From assembly GCA_035534915.1 (NCBI GenBank), contig DATLQZ010000111.1, positions 16,258 through 80,257 of the forward strand: a stretch of 64,000 bases of DNA, read 5' to 3'. Within the stretch, counting starts at the first letter, position 1. Each line of letters starts with the position of its first letter. Of this stretch, positions 36,209-47,000 are shown in pieces. The position numbers and the translations under genes were made by a program. Below the pieces are notes generated by a model. The model was not told the origin of the DNA. It searched no databases and saw only the letters and a program-made list of their open reading frames with translations. This stretch comes from Candidatus Dormiibacterota bacterium (lineage in GTDB: Bacteria; Chloroflexota; Dormibacteria; Aeolococcales; Bog-877).

Positions 36209-37437
36209 ACCAGCAGGTGCGGCTGGCCTGTGTCAGCTTCCCCCATCTCGCTCTCATTCTTGCCTGGCGGACTCACCCTGAGCTCGCTGCAGAGGCCGTG
36301 CTGGTGGGTTCCTTAGACCGTGGTGGGCGGGGGGTGGTGCTGGCCGCCTCTGCGGCGGCTCAGGCGATGGGTGCCCACATCGGCCAGGACCTGCGGCAGG
36401 CGGAGCTTGCCTGCCCTGAGGCAGTGCGGCTGAGCGCCGATCCCATCCGGATAGATCAGTTGCGAGAGCAGCTGCGCATGGCGTTGTACGAATGCAGCCC
36501 CTTGGTGGAGCTGACCACGGATAGTCAGGTCTACCTGGATCTTGGAGGGCGCGACGCCCGCTGGGCGACCGAGGCGGCTCGTGCCTCTCACCTCGGCCGT
36601 TCGGTGCAGCAGGTGCTGGGATACCCACCTGCGGTGGGCATCGGGCAGTCCCGCTTTGTAGCCCTCGTTGCCTCCTCTAAGGCCGGTCCTGGTCGGGTTC
36701 GGATGGTGCCCTACGGTGCCGTTGCCGAATTCCTGGCCGACTGGCCGGTGAGCATGCTTCCGCTCCCACCCAGGACAGTGGAGAGACTGCAAGGATTCGG
36801 GTTGCAAAGCTGTGGTGACTGCCTCTCGATCCCTCTTCCCGACCTGCAGCGGCAGCTTGGGGCTGACGGGCTCACCCTGCATCGACTCTGCCTGGGGCAG
36901 GACACTGCTTTGATCAGCCCTTGGCGGGAAATCCCGCCCTGTGGGGTGCGAAGAGTTCTGGCAGGAGTGGTCGAGGACTCAGAGTCGCTGCGTTTCGGAG
37001 CCGCTGAGCTGGCGGAGCGGCTCGCTGCCGAACTCTCCTCCCTGGGTAGAGCCAGCGGGCGTTTGCGACTGCTGCTCATGGACGAGGATGCGACCGAGGG
37101 CGTTGTGACAGCCGCTCAGCCAGGCGTCTTCTGGGATGAGATAACGCCCCCAGCTCCGGTGGCCACCGCAGAGGAGTTGTTGCCACCCATTCTCAGCCTG
37201 TTTGCCCGGGCGCGCTGCCGGGCCTTGGTGATCGAGATCCACGCCCTGGACCTGACCCAGCCCCCAGCCGCACAGTCGCTGCTATGGGCAGTTGGGGGAG
37301 CCCGGAGCGCTGACATAGGGCGAGCAGCGGCCAGGCTAGCCCAGCGGTTTGGGCCAGAGCTGGTCTGGCGGGTTGAGGTTCGCGCCGGACACCCAGGGGA
37401 TATTCCTGAGGAGCGGTTGGTCTGGAGCCCTGGATGA
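36205..37437 (+). CDS. imuB: ImuB-like Y-family-polymerase homologue (short form, 410 aa)
   Basis: N-terminus LACVSFPHLALILAWRTHPEL...VLAASAAAQAMGAHIGQDLRQAELACPEA has the ImuB/Y-family palm-fingers layout without the acidic catalytic DxD. ATGA overlap with imuA. Confidence 0.8.
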   Translation: MNQQVRLACVSFPHLALILAWRTHPELAAEAVLVGSLDRGGRGVVLAASAAAQAMGAHIGQDLRQAELACPEAVRLSADPIRIDQLREQLRMALYECSPLVELTTDSQVYLDLGGRDARWATEAARASHLGRSVQQVLGYPPAVGIGQSRFVALVASSKAGPGRVRMVPYGAVAEFLADWPVSMLPLPPRTVERLQGFGLQSCGDCLSIPLPDLQRQLGADGLTLHRLCLGQDTALISPWREIPPCGVRRVLAGVVEDSESLRFGAAELAERLAAELSSLGRASGRLRLLLMDEDATEGVVTAAQPGVFWDEITPPAPVATAEELLPPILSLFARARCRALVIEIHALDLTQPPAAQSLLWAVGGARSADIGRAAARLAQRFGPELVWRVEVRAGHPGDIPEERLVWSPG

Positions 37438-37676
37438 GGCGCTTGATGGTCAAGACAGAGAGCTCGCTGCCTGCGGTGGTCGACCTCGGTGACGGACCCC
37501 TGCTGGTGGTGTCGCTGACCGAGCATTGGGTTGTTGAGGTTGGCTGGTGGCGCACGCCACCGGCGCGCTGGGAGCGACGCATCTACTGGCGGGTCCTGCT
37601 CGAGGATGGGAGGTGCGTGGATGTCTATTGGGATGGGGGGCGGCGCCGCTGGCGGCTGGCTCGGCTTTGGGGGTGA
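37434..37676 (+). CDS. 80-aa W/R-rich protein translationally coupled to imuB (ATGA overlap); resembles a detached ImuB C-terminal module
   Basis: HWVVEVGWWRTPPARWERRIYWRVLLEDGRCVDVYWDGGRRRWRLARLWG. From memory, this pattern is fused to the C-terminus of longer ImuB proteins. Confidence 0.5.
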   Translation: MRRLMVKTESSLPAVVDLGDGPLLVVSLTEHWVVEVGWWRTPPARWERRIYWRVLLEDGRCVDVYWDGGRRRWRLARLWG

Positions 37677-37757
37677 CGGCTGCGCGACGCGACTGGCGAG
37701 AACCATCCTCACTCTCGCTCCAGGGATTCCTTAAGCAACATCTGCTAGCTTGAGTTC

Positions 37758-39749
37758 ATGGCTCAGAATAAGCCGTCTGCCAGCCCCAGGGGTGGAGCTG
37801 GCAGAGGCGGCAACCAACCCCGCAAGCCCGCCCAGTGGCGCTCTGTCCAGTTTCTCCTGCCCTTGGGGGTCTTTCTGGCGCTGAATGTGCTCTTTGCGAA
37901 CGTCTTCTTTCCCCCCTCCCAGACCAAGAGCATCACCATTCCGTACAACGTCTTCATCTCCCAGGTGAAGAGCGGCGATGTGACCAGCATCACCAGCACC
38001 GGTGACACCATCCAGGGGACCTTCCGCCAGGCGACCGGGGTCACCGCCACCAGCAAGAACAAGGCGAAGGATTTCAGCACTCAGCTGCCCAGCTTCGCCG
38101 GGGGCCAGCTCGAGACGCTGCTGCAGCAGCACAACGTCACCATAAACGCCAACAACCCCAATCCTCCAGCCAACGTGTTGGTGGTGATCCTGGAGAGCTT
38201 CGGGCCTACCCTCCTTTTCCTTCTGATCTTTCTGTGGTTCATGCGGCGGACCGCGGCGGCAGCCGGCGGCGGCCTGTTCAGTCTGGGCCGCTCCCAGGCC
38301 CGGCTCTACGACCCGGAGCGACCGGCCACCACCTTCCAGGACGTAGCGGGGATCGAGGAGGCGAAGGAGGAACTAGAGGAGATAGTCGACTTCCTGCGCC
38401 AACCGGCCAAGTATCAGCGGCTGGGCGGGACCGTCCCCAAGGGCGTCCTGCTGGTCGGGCTTCCTGGCACCGGAAAGACGCTACTGGCCCGCGCGGTAGC
38501 CGGCGAGGCGGGAGTTCCCTTCTTCAGTATCTCGGCGTCCGAATTCATCGAGATGGTGGTAGGGGTGGGCGCCTCCCGGGTCCGTGACCTCTTCTCCAAG
38601 GCCCGGGAGGCGGCCCCGGCGATCATTTTCGTCGACGAGCTCGACGCCATCGGCCGCAGCCGCAGCGCCGGCCCCAGCTTCGGGGGCCACGACGAGCGAG
38701 AGCAAACTCTCAACCAGATCCTGACCGAGATGGACGGCTTCGACTCGCGAGAGGGGGTCATCGTGCTCGCGGCAACCAACCGGGCGGATGTTCTCGACGC
38801 CGCGCTGCTCCGGCCCGGTCGCTTTGACCGTCGGGTCTCTGTGCTGCCCCCGGATCGGGTGGGGCGGGCGGCCATCCTGAAGATTCACACCAGGGGGGTG
38901 CCTCTGGGGGACGACATCAATCTGGACAACCTCGCCTCGCAAACCCCAGGGCTGGTGGGCGCGGAGCTGCGCAACCTGGTCAATGAGGCGGCCCTGCTCG
39001 CAGCCCGCAAGGAACGGGCGGCAGTCACCATGAGCGACTTCACAGAGGCGCTGGAAAAGGTCCTGCTCGGGGCCGCCCGGCGCATCGTGCTGTCCGAGGA
39101 GGATCGGCAGCGGACGGCCTACCACGAGAGCGGGCATGCTCTGCTGGGTCTGCTCATCCCCGCCGCTGATCCGGTCCGCAGGGTTTCGATAGTTCCTCGC
39201 GGCCGGGCGCTGGGGGTGACCGTCCAGTCGCCGGTGGACGACCGCCAGAACTACCCGGAGACATACCTCAGGGCCAGGATCGTGGGGGCGCTCGGGGGCC
39301 GGGCTGCCGAAAAGCTCATTTACGATGTGGTCACGACCGGGGCGGAGAGCGATCTGCAGCAGGTGACTCAGATCGCGCGGCAGATGGTCGTGCGGTGGGG
39401 TATGAGTCCCAAGGTGGGACCGCTCAACCTTGTTGACGAAGGCGATCAGGGGGTCATGATGATCTCCCAGCGTCCCTACAGCGAGACCACCGCCGAGGTG
39501 ATTGACTCCGAGGTTCGCCGGATAGTGGAGGAGTGCTTCGCGGAGGCGCTGAGGCTGATTGACGCGAACCGCGACAAGCTGGTGGCGCTAACCACTGCCT
39601 TGCTCCGGGAGGAGTCGCTAAACGAGGAGGAGATCCTCCAGGTGACGGGACTGCCGCCCAAGCCGGTCTCTCTGGGGCCCGCTCCGCGTGACCTCAATGG
39701 GCGGTTGGCGGAACCTGAGCCCAGCCCCGCAGTGGTGTCGGCTGGCTGA
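37758..39749 (+). CDS. ftsH: ATP-dependent zinc metalloprotease FtsH
   Basis: Two N-terminal TM helices, Walker [19 protein letters not shown], Walker [13 protein letters not shown] region, zinc site HESGHAL. Confidence 0.95.
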   Translation: MAQNKPSASPRGGAGRGGNQPRKPAQWRSVQFLLPLGVFLALNVLFANVFFPPSQTKSITIPYNVFISQVKSGDVTSITSTGDTIQGTFRQATGVTATSKNKAKDFSTQLPSFAGGQLETLLQQHNVTINANNPNPPANVLVVILESFGPTLLFLLIFLWFMRRTAAAAGGGLFSLGRSQARLYDPERPATTFQDVAGIEEAKEELEEIVDFLRQPAKYQRLGGTVPKGVLLVGLPGTGKTLLARAVAGEAGVPFFSISASEFIEMVVGVGASRVRDLFSKAREAAPAIIFVDELDAIGRSRSAGPSFGGHDEREQTLNQILTEMDGFDSREGVIVLAATNRADVLDAALLRPGRFDRRVSVLPPDRVGRAAILKIHTRGVPLGDDINLDNLASQTPGLVGAELRNLVNEAALLAARKERAAVTMSDFTEALEKVLLGAARRIVLSEEDRQRTAYHESGHALLGLLIPAADPVRRVSIVPRGRALGVTVQSPVDDRQNYPETYLRARIVGALGGRAAEKLIYDVVTTGAESDLQQVTQIARQMVVRWGMSPKVGPLNLVDEGDQGVMMISQRPYSETTAEVIDSEVRRIVEECFAEALRLIDANRDKLVALTTALLREESLNEEEILQVTGLPPKPVSLGPAPRDLNGRLAEPEPSPAVVSAG

Positions 39750-39856
39750 TTCACGAGCCGAGCCAGGTAGGATCGGTGCTCCCGGCAATGTCAATCTGAG
39801 GTGCTGTAGCCCTGGCTCCCGTTCGCTTCATCCACTCCGCTGACTGGCAGCTCGGC

Positions 39857-40936
39857 ATGTGGCGCGAGCAGCTGAGCGAGGAGGCTCAGGCTCGCTTCGG
39901 GTCTGCACGCATCGATGGGATCCGCCGCATCGGGCAGCTCGCACTCGAGGTGGGGGCTCAATTCGTGGTGGTCGCGGGCGATGTCTTCGAGTCCAATCAC
40001 CTCGATCGCAGCGTGATCAGACGATCCTTGGACGCGATGGGCGAGGCCCAGGTACCAATCTACCTCCTGCCGGGGAACCACGATCCGCTGCAGCCAGGTG
40101 GAGTCTTCAACTCCAAACTGTTCCGAGAGGAGAGTCCGGAGAACGTGCATGTTCTCCGCGACACCGGTCCGGTCCACCCACTTCCGGGGGTGGAGTTGGT
40201 TGGTGTCCCGTGGTTGTCAAAGCGGCCCGCCCACGATCCTGTCGGCGATCTGTGCGCTGCATTGCAGCCGGTTGGAGGATGGCGAATCGTGGTCGCCCAC
40301 GGCGCGGTGGACGTGGCGAGCCCGGCGCCGGATAACCCAGAGTTGATTAGGGTCGGAATCGCAGAGCAGGCGATACGCCAGGGGCGTCTGCATTACCTGG
40401 CGCTGGGCGATCGGCACTCAACCACTTCTGTCGGCAGCAGCGGGGCTATCTGGTACTCGGGGGCCCACGAGCCGACCCGGTTCAGCGAGGTCGATCCCGG
40501 CAACATCCTGGTGGTGGAGCTGGGGGAGGGGAGCCCCGTGGTGGCTGCTCGGCGGGTTGGCACCTGGGCGTTTACGAACGCCCAGTTCACGCTCGCGGGC
40601 CCGCAGGACCTGGCGGCGGTGTTTGGCTGGCTGGAGGACCAACCAGCGAAGGATAGGACCCTGGTCCGTTTGACCCTGGTGGGGACCCTCTCGATTCAGG
40701 CGATGGCGGAGATGGAAGCTCGCCTCGAGGAGGCCCGCGAGCTCTTTGCCGCCGTACGTCTCTCCTCGCTCAGTGATCTTGCGCTGGCTCCGGACGAGTC
40801 CGACTTCTCCGGGCTGAACCTCTCTGGCTTCGCGGCGACGGCTGCGGACAAGTTGAGAGCGCGGGCCGAGACTGGTGATCAGGCGGCGGCCGATGCCCTC
40901 GCGCTGTTGTTCCGTCTGGCTAGGTCCGCATCTTGA
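39857..40936 (+). CDS. SbcD/YhaO-like metallophosphoesterase (DNA-repair exonuclease); real start probably CTG 39812
   Basis: VVVAGDVFE and LLPGNHDP calcineurin-like motifs. Motif I (RFIHSADWQLG) lies in frame upstream of the first ATG. Confidence 0.8.
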   Translation: MWREQLSEEAQARFGSARIDGIRRIGQLALEVGAQFVVVAGDVFESNHLDRSVIRRSLDAMGEAQVPIYLLPGNHDPLQPGGVFNSKLFREESPENVHVLRDTGPVHPLPGVELVGVPWLSKRPAHDPVGDLCAALQPVGGWRIVVAHGAVDVASPAPDNPELIRVGIAEQAIRQGRLHYLALGDRHSTTSVGSSGAIWYSGAHEPTRFSEVDPGNILVVELGEGSPVVAARRVGTWAFTNAQFTLAGPQDLAAVFGWLEDQPAKDRTLVRLTLVGTLSIQAMAEMEARLEEARELFAAVRLSSLSDLALAPDESDFSGLNLSGFAATAADKLRARAETGDQAAADALALLFRLARSAS

Positions 40937-43605
40937 GAGTGCTGCGGATCGCGATAGCGAATTACCGGGGAGTTGTCCGAGCCGCAGTCGACCTCGAACC
41001 TGTCGGGGTCACCGTGATCGAGGGTCCCAATGGCTCCGGGAAGAGCTCTTTGGCGGAGGCTCTGGCCACGGTGCTGACCACCCCGGAGACCTCCAAAAGC
41101 CAATCCATTCGCGCCATTCAGCCGGTCGGGCAGGACGTGGCGTCTGACATTGAGGTCGAGGTCGAGACCGGTGAGTACCGCTTCATCCTCGCCAAGTCGT
41201 ACAACCGGCGGGCGACGGCGAACCTGACTGTGTTGGCGCCCCATCCGGAGAGCCGCGTGGGCGGCGAGGCTCATGACCGGGCCATCGAGATTCTGGACCA
41301 GACCGGCGTTGACCGCCAACTGATGCGGGCGCTTTGGGTGCGCCAGGGAATGGAGATGGCGCAGGTGGCGCTGCGCGAGTGTCCCTCCCTCGGTCGAGCA
41401 TTGGATATGGCGGCCGGCTCCGTCCCGGCCGGAGAGGCTGAGCAGACGGTGCTGGAAAGTGCGCGCCAGGAGTACCTGCGGTACTGGACTCCGGGTGGCG
41501 CCGAGGCTAAACGGATGGGGGACTTGCGAAGGGGCGTGGAGAGCGCCAGGTCCGATGTCGAGGCAGCTCGACTGAAGGAAGTCGAATTGGAGGAGCAGAT
41601 CTCGCGCAGCGAGCGGTCATTGCGCGCCTTGACTTTGCTGCGGGAGCAGACCGGAGAGCTCCAGGTCGCCGCGACCTTGCACGCGCAGAGTCTGCAGGAG
41701 GTCGAGGGGCTCGCCGCTGAGGTGGAGCTGAGGCGTCAGCACTTTGCCACCGCGGCCGCCGAGGCCGGCCTAGCCCATGCCCGCCAACAGGCAAGGGAGG
41801 CGCTTGTCAGGGCCGTGGTTGAGGCCGAGACCAGGCTGCAGGCATCACTCAGCACCCTGGTCCTGATGGAGGAGCAAGAGGTACCGCAACGGCAGCGGTA
41901 CCTGGAGGCTGAGGAGGCGCTGCGGTTGGCGGGTGTCGCCTCCGATGAGGCGGCGACCCGGCTTCGCGTCCGAGCCGGCGACGAGGCGGTTCTCCACCAA
42001 CAGCAAGAGCTGGCTAGGTTGCGGCAACGCATGCAGGCAGTGAGCGCAGCGGTCCGAAGGCGGGCAGCGGCTCAGGCAGTCGTCGGCGCATCCAAGGTCT
42101 CGGAAGGCAGCCTTGAGCTACTGCGGGAGCAGGAGGGCAAGGTTCGAGAGGGGGCCGCTCGACTGGCCGCAGCCGGGGCTTCCGTTCGGTTCACCGCCAC
42201 CCAAACTGTGGCCATTGGCCGGGGCGAGGAGGTGAGCGAGCTCTTCGCAGGACAGACCCGGAGCTTTACTATTGCCGACTCCGTCGGGCGCTTCAAGGTC
42301 GGTGACTTGGTGGAGCTTGAAGTTGAGCCGGGGACCGGGGCTGCGGGGGAACGGGAGCGGCAGAGAGATCTTGTTGCCGAACGCGACCAAATGCTCCGCG
42401 ACCTTGGGGTCAAGAGCCTGCAGGAGGCGGCGCTCAAGCTCGGGGAACGGCAACGGGCCGAACGGCATCTGGAGGAGGCCGGCTTGGAGTTGGGGTCCAA
42501 TCTGGCCGGGTTGAGCATGGATGAACTGCAGGATCTGACAGCGGCCAAGGAAGCCGAGATTCAGCTGCAGACGAGCTCCCGAAGTTGGCGAGAGGCGGCT
42601 CCGGTGACAGCCGAGAGCGCCCGCGAGCTCGTTCTGAATGCGGAGCTAGAAGACGAGCGAGCCCGCGAAGAGAGGGACCGAACTGAGCGGCGGCGGGATG
42701 CCCTCCGCGATCCTCACCAGCAGGCGCGGCTGAGTGTTCAGGCCGCCAGGGCCGCGGTAAACCACGACCGGGAGGAGAGCGAGCGGTCTGGGGTGGCGCT
42801 GGAACAAGCCCGTTTCTTGGAGACAGACGACTCCCTCGCTGCCCGCGCCGCGGAATCGAGCGAGGCGGCGAAGTCCGCGGAGGTCCAGTGTTCCAATCTC
42901 GCGCACCGATTGGAGGCGCTGGAACCGCGAGTCGTGCGCGACCTCGCCGAGAACTCCGCCAAAGCGATGCGACGCCTCCAGGAGGACATCCACACCGAGG
43001 AGGGCGCGGGGATGCGGGCAGACGCCCAGGTCGAGGCGTTGGCCCCGGTCGGCCTCTTCGACATGAGGGAGTCACGGACCAGAGAGCTGGAGCGCAAAGC
43101 TTCGGACTTTGAGCGTGAGGAGCGGCTCGCGGTGGCGGCGCGCACACTTCTGGAGAGCTTGGAGCGGGCCCGCTCGGAGGCACAGCGGAGCTACCTTGAG
43201 CCACTGCGACAGCAGATTGAGGCGCGGGGCATGGTCGTGTTCGGGTCCGAGTTTGAAGTTCGGCTGGATGCGGAAAGCCTGCAGGTGGCCACCTGTCGTA
43301 TCGACAACAGCTGGCTGGAATGGGACAAGCTGTCAACCGGCACCCAGGAGCAGTTGGCGATCATCGTCAGACTCTCGGCGGCTTTCCTCGCTGCCCCAGG
43401 GGGTGGTGTGCCCCTCATCATCGACGACGCCCTCGGGTATGCCGACGAGGAGCGCTTGGAGCGAATGTGCGTGGTCCTAGGGCGGGCCGGACCGGATGTC
43501 CAGGTGATCGTGCTGACCTGCATGCCCCGGCGTTACCAGCAGATTGGGGGTGCTCGGACGGTGGGCCTGAGCAAGACAGCGCACCAAGCTCCAGCGAGCG
43601 GCTGA
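40933..43605 (+). CDS. SbcC/YhaN/Rad50-like SMC-type ATPase (890 aa, long coiled coil)
   Basis: N-terminal Walker A EGPNGSGKSSLAEAL, about 600 aa of E/R/A/L-rich coiled coil, C-terminal signature LSTGTQEQL and Walker B PLIIDDALGYAD. TTGA overlap with the phosphoesterase gene. Confidence 0.8.
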   Translation: MRVLRIAIANYRGVVRAAVDLEPVGVTVIEGPNGSGKSSLAEALATVLTTPETSKSQSIRAIQPVGQDVASDIEVEVETGEYRFILAKSYNRRATANLTVLAPHPESRVGGEAHDRAIEILDQTGVDRQLMRALWVRQGMEMAQVALRECPSLGRALDMAAGSVPAGEAEQTVLESARQEYLRYWTPGGAEAKRMGDLRRGVESARSDVEAARLKEVELEEQISRSERSLRALTLLREQTGELQVAATLHAQSLQEVEGLAAEVELRRQHFATAAAEAGLAHARQQAREALVRAVVEAETRLQASLSTLVLMEEQEVPQRQRYLEAEEALRLAGVASDEAATRLRVRAGDEAVLHQQQELARLRQRMQAVSAAVRRRAAAQAVVGASKVSEGSLELLREQEGKVREGAARLAAAGASVRFTATQTVAIGRGEEVSELFAGQTRSFTIADSVGRFKVGDLVELEVEPGTGAAGERERQRDLVAERDQMLRDLGVKSLQEAALKLGERQRAERHLEEAGLELGSNLAGLSMDELQDLTAAKEAEIQLQTSSRSWREAAPVTAESARELVLNAELEDERAREERDRTERRRDALRDPHQQARLSVQAARAAVNHDREESERSGVALEQARFLETDDSLAARAAESSEAAKSAEVQCSNLAHRLEALEPRVVRDLAENSAKAMRRLQEDIHTEEGAGMRADAQVEALAPVGLFDMRESRTRELERKASDFEREERLAVAARTLLESLERARSEAQRSYLEPLRQQIEARGMVVFGSEFEVRLDAESLQVATCRIDNSWLEWDKLSTGTQEQLAIIVRLSAAFLAAPGGGVPLIIDDALGYADEERLERMCVVLGRAGPDVQVIVLTCMPRRYQQIGGARTVGLSKTAHQAPASG

Positions 43606-44050
43606 GGTGAGCTAGCTCGGTCCCCGGCAGCCGGCAGCCGCATCTGAGAGTTCCAACCAGGGTTCACTCGGCGGTGCCTTAAGGGGCCGGCAAGTGGGTC
43701 GCAGGACCACTGGAGGGTGTTACTAGGCTGAGAGGACTCCAGACCTCGGACATCATGGGCACGCAGGGCGTGGAGCTGGATCATCCCGGCGGCCAGTGAT
43801 GCCTCCTTCCGGTCCGGACGGCGCAGGTGAACGCTGTGTTCGGGGGACTAGGATCCTGAGCCCGCCGAGCGCTCACCCAGCGAGGTTGAGGCACCTTGGG
43901 CCGTCTCGTCGCTCGGACTTGCTATACAGACCAATACCAGCTAGCCATGCGGATGCCCCTCGAGTCCACCTCCTCAACTCCGAGGGCATGTGGCGAGCCT
44001 TGCGTGCCGCGATTCTGAGCTGTCGTTCCTCATCGTAAGCGTACACCTGT

Positions 44051-47000
44051 TTGTATCATGGTCCGGTGGCAGAGCCAGGATTCGGTGAGTGTTGGGCGCG
44101 ATCCTACTTCTCGTTCCTTGAGGGCTCCCGCTCCCCAGAAGCGATGGTGGTACGCGCCTCCGAGCTTGGAATGACCGCCATAGGGCTGGTAGACCGGGGC
44201 GGTCTATATGGCGCGGTGAGGCTGGTGAGAGCGACTGAACGGGCTGGAATAGGCGCGATGGTGGGAGCGGAGCTGGATCTGACAGCCGGCGGTCGGTTGG
44301 CGGTCATGGCACTGGACCGATCCTCTTACCAACAGCTCTGCCGCGCGGTCAGCTGCGCGCAGCTAGCTGGGGTGAAGGGAGCCTCACGGCTGACGCTATC
44401 AGGGTTGGAGCGGGTCTTGACTGAGGCCGCGGGCGGGACCGCAGCATTTGAGGTGCGAGACGCGGCCATTCCGGACAGATTGAGAGAGCGCCTTCGTCAT
44501 GGGCTCGACAGGGAGCCAGGTGTTCTTCACGCTGTCGAGCCGGGGGAGCTGGATCGCTGCACGGTTCTGGCAGGGGGACCCCATAGTCCCATCAGCCTGG
44601 CCCTGCGGCGCGGAGATCGGCAGGCAGCAGACCAGGCAGCACTGAGCCTGTCCGCGGCCTTTCCTGGCGACCAGTTCCGCCTTTGCCTGCAGCACCATCT
44701 TGAGCCTGGCGACAGCTGGCTGGCGGCTGAAACCGTCGCCTGTGCGGAGCGCACAGGGGTTGGCCTGGTGGCGTCTGGCTCCCCACGCTACGCTCGACCT
44801 CAGGATGGACGTCTGCTGGATGTGCTGTCCGCCATCCGGCACGGCTGCACGCTGGAGGAGACGGCGGCCCGAGGTCTGCTGGCATCAAACCACGAGCGCT
44901 GGATGCGAGGGGAGGCGGAGCTGAGCGAGCTGCTGCCGTATCCCAAGGCCTTTGCGGGAGCGCAGGAGCTGGCGAGCCGGGCTGAGCTGAGGCTGGACTT
45001 CCGGCACAGTCGTTTTCCAGGCTTTCGGGTGCCCGGCGGGGAGAGCCCCGACATCTATCTGGAGCAGCTGTGCCGGAGGGCGCTTCCCGGTAAGTATCCA
45101 GTAGCGTCCGTCGAGGTCGAGGAACGGCTGCGGCATGAGCTTCAGGTCATCTCCCGTTGCCGACTCGCGGAGTTCTTCCTGATCGTGTTTGAGCTGATGG
45201 ACTTCGCCCGCTCTGAGGGAATCCCAGCCCAGGGCAGAGGATCTGCGGCCGACAGCCTGGTCGCCTATCTGCTGAGGATCACCAGGGTCGATCCCATCGC
45301 CCACCATCTGCTCTTCGAGCGATTTCTGCATGAGGAGATGGAGGGAACTCCAGATATCGATATCGACATCTCCTCGGCCCACAGGGAGCGGCTGATTCAG
45401 CATGTCTACGACACCTATGGGGAGTCCTGTACGGGGATGGTCTGCACCGTGATCACGTTCCGGCTGCGAATGGCAATTCGGCAGGTAGGAGCGGCATTTG
45501 GGATACCGCTGGCGTGGGTGGAACGACTTGGGCGGGCGATTGAGCGAGGCGACCCCGACGACCGGCGAACCCTGCTGGAGCGGGTGCTCGGGGTGGCTGG
45601 CGAGGATCCCGACCAGATGATGCGCTCTGTGCCCTGGCGGCAGTTCGCCGAGATGGTGGAGCAGGTGGTCGGGGTCCCGCGCCACCTCTCCATTCACGTT
45701 GGGGGAATGCTGGTGACGGGAGAGCCGCTATGGGACATGGCCCCGCTCGAGAGAGCCTCGATGGATGGCCGGGTCGTGGTGCAGTTCGACAAGGACGACA
45801 TCGAAGAACTCGGCCTCATCAAGATCGACCTGCTCGGGCTGCGGACCCTTTCAGTGGTGGAGGAAACCCTCTCCGAATTGGAGCGGGTGAGCGGGGTGAG
45901 GCCGGATCTGGAGGGTCTCGACTTGGCGGATCCAGAGGTCTACGCGATGTGTGCGAGGGCCGACACCATCGGGGTCTTTCAGGTCGAGTCCCGGGCCCAG
46001 CAGCAGACCCTGCCGCGTGCCAACCCACGGGAGTTCAACGACTTGGTCGTGGCGGTGGCGATCATCCGACCCGGCCCGATTCAGGGGCACGCGGTTCACC
46101 CCTACCTGCGCCGTCGCCAGGGTAAGGAGCCGGTCAGCTACCTCCATCCGCTGCTGGAGCCCATCCTGCGCGACACCCTGGGGGTCATCCTCTACCAGGA
46201 GCAGATCATGGAGATAGCGATGCAGGTGGCGGGCTTCACCGCCGGCCAGTCGGATCGTTTCCGGCGCGCCATGAACCGTCACCGCTCGCGGGTGGAGATG
46301 GCTTCGCTGGAGCATGATTTCCTCCTTGGCTGCACTCTAAAAGGGGTTTCGGGTGCGGTGGCCGCCAGGTTGTTCGAGGCGGTGCGGGGATTTGCTGAGT
46401 TCGGGTTCTGTCGTAGCCACGCAGCCGCCTTTGCGCGCACCGTCTATGAAACCGCCTGGCTCAAGCTCCACCACCCAGCCGCCTATCTGGTGGGGTTGTT
46501 GAATCATCAGCCGATGGGTTTCTATCACCCGTCGGTGCTGGTCGAGGAGGCTCGCCGGAACGGAGTTGTGGTGCTGCCGGTGGACGTCAACCAGAGCCGG
46601 GGCCGATGTCGTCTGGAGACCGATGCGGTGCGGCTCGGATTCAATTACGTGAAGGGGGTTGGGGAGGAGCTGAGGACGAAGCTGGATCAGGAGCGAGAGA
46701 GTGGTGCGTACTCATCGCCGGAGGACTTCTGGCGGCGCACCGGGGTATCCCCAAAAGTCCTCGACTCGCTGGTCATAGTCGGTGCGTTCGACAGCTTCGG
46801 AGAGCCCAGAAGGAAGCTGCTGTGGCGACTCAAGCCGGTGGAGGAGGCGCTTGCCACCATGCGCATGGAGCAAGATGTGCCAGTCCAGGGCGAGCTGCTG
46901 CCCCTGCCAGCTCTGCCGCCGGCGCTTCCCGAGCTGTCCCAGCGAGAGCGGGTTCAGGCTGACTATCGAGTGATGGAATTGACGACCGGCCCCCATCCGG

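Noticed and set aside
43828-43842. TGAACGCTGTGTTCG in the gap upstream of dnaE2.
   Set aside because: The spacer is 5 nt, not 4, and the site is more than 200 bp from the dnaE2 start. It might be a degenerate box, but I cannot support that.
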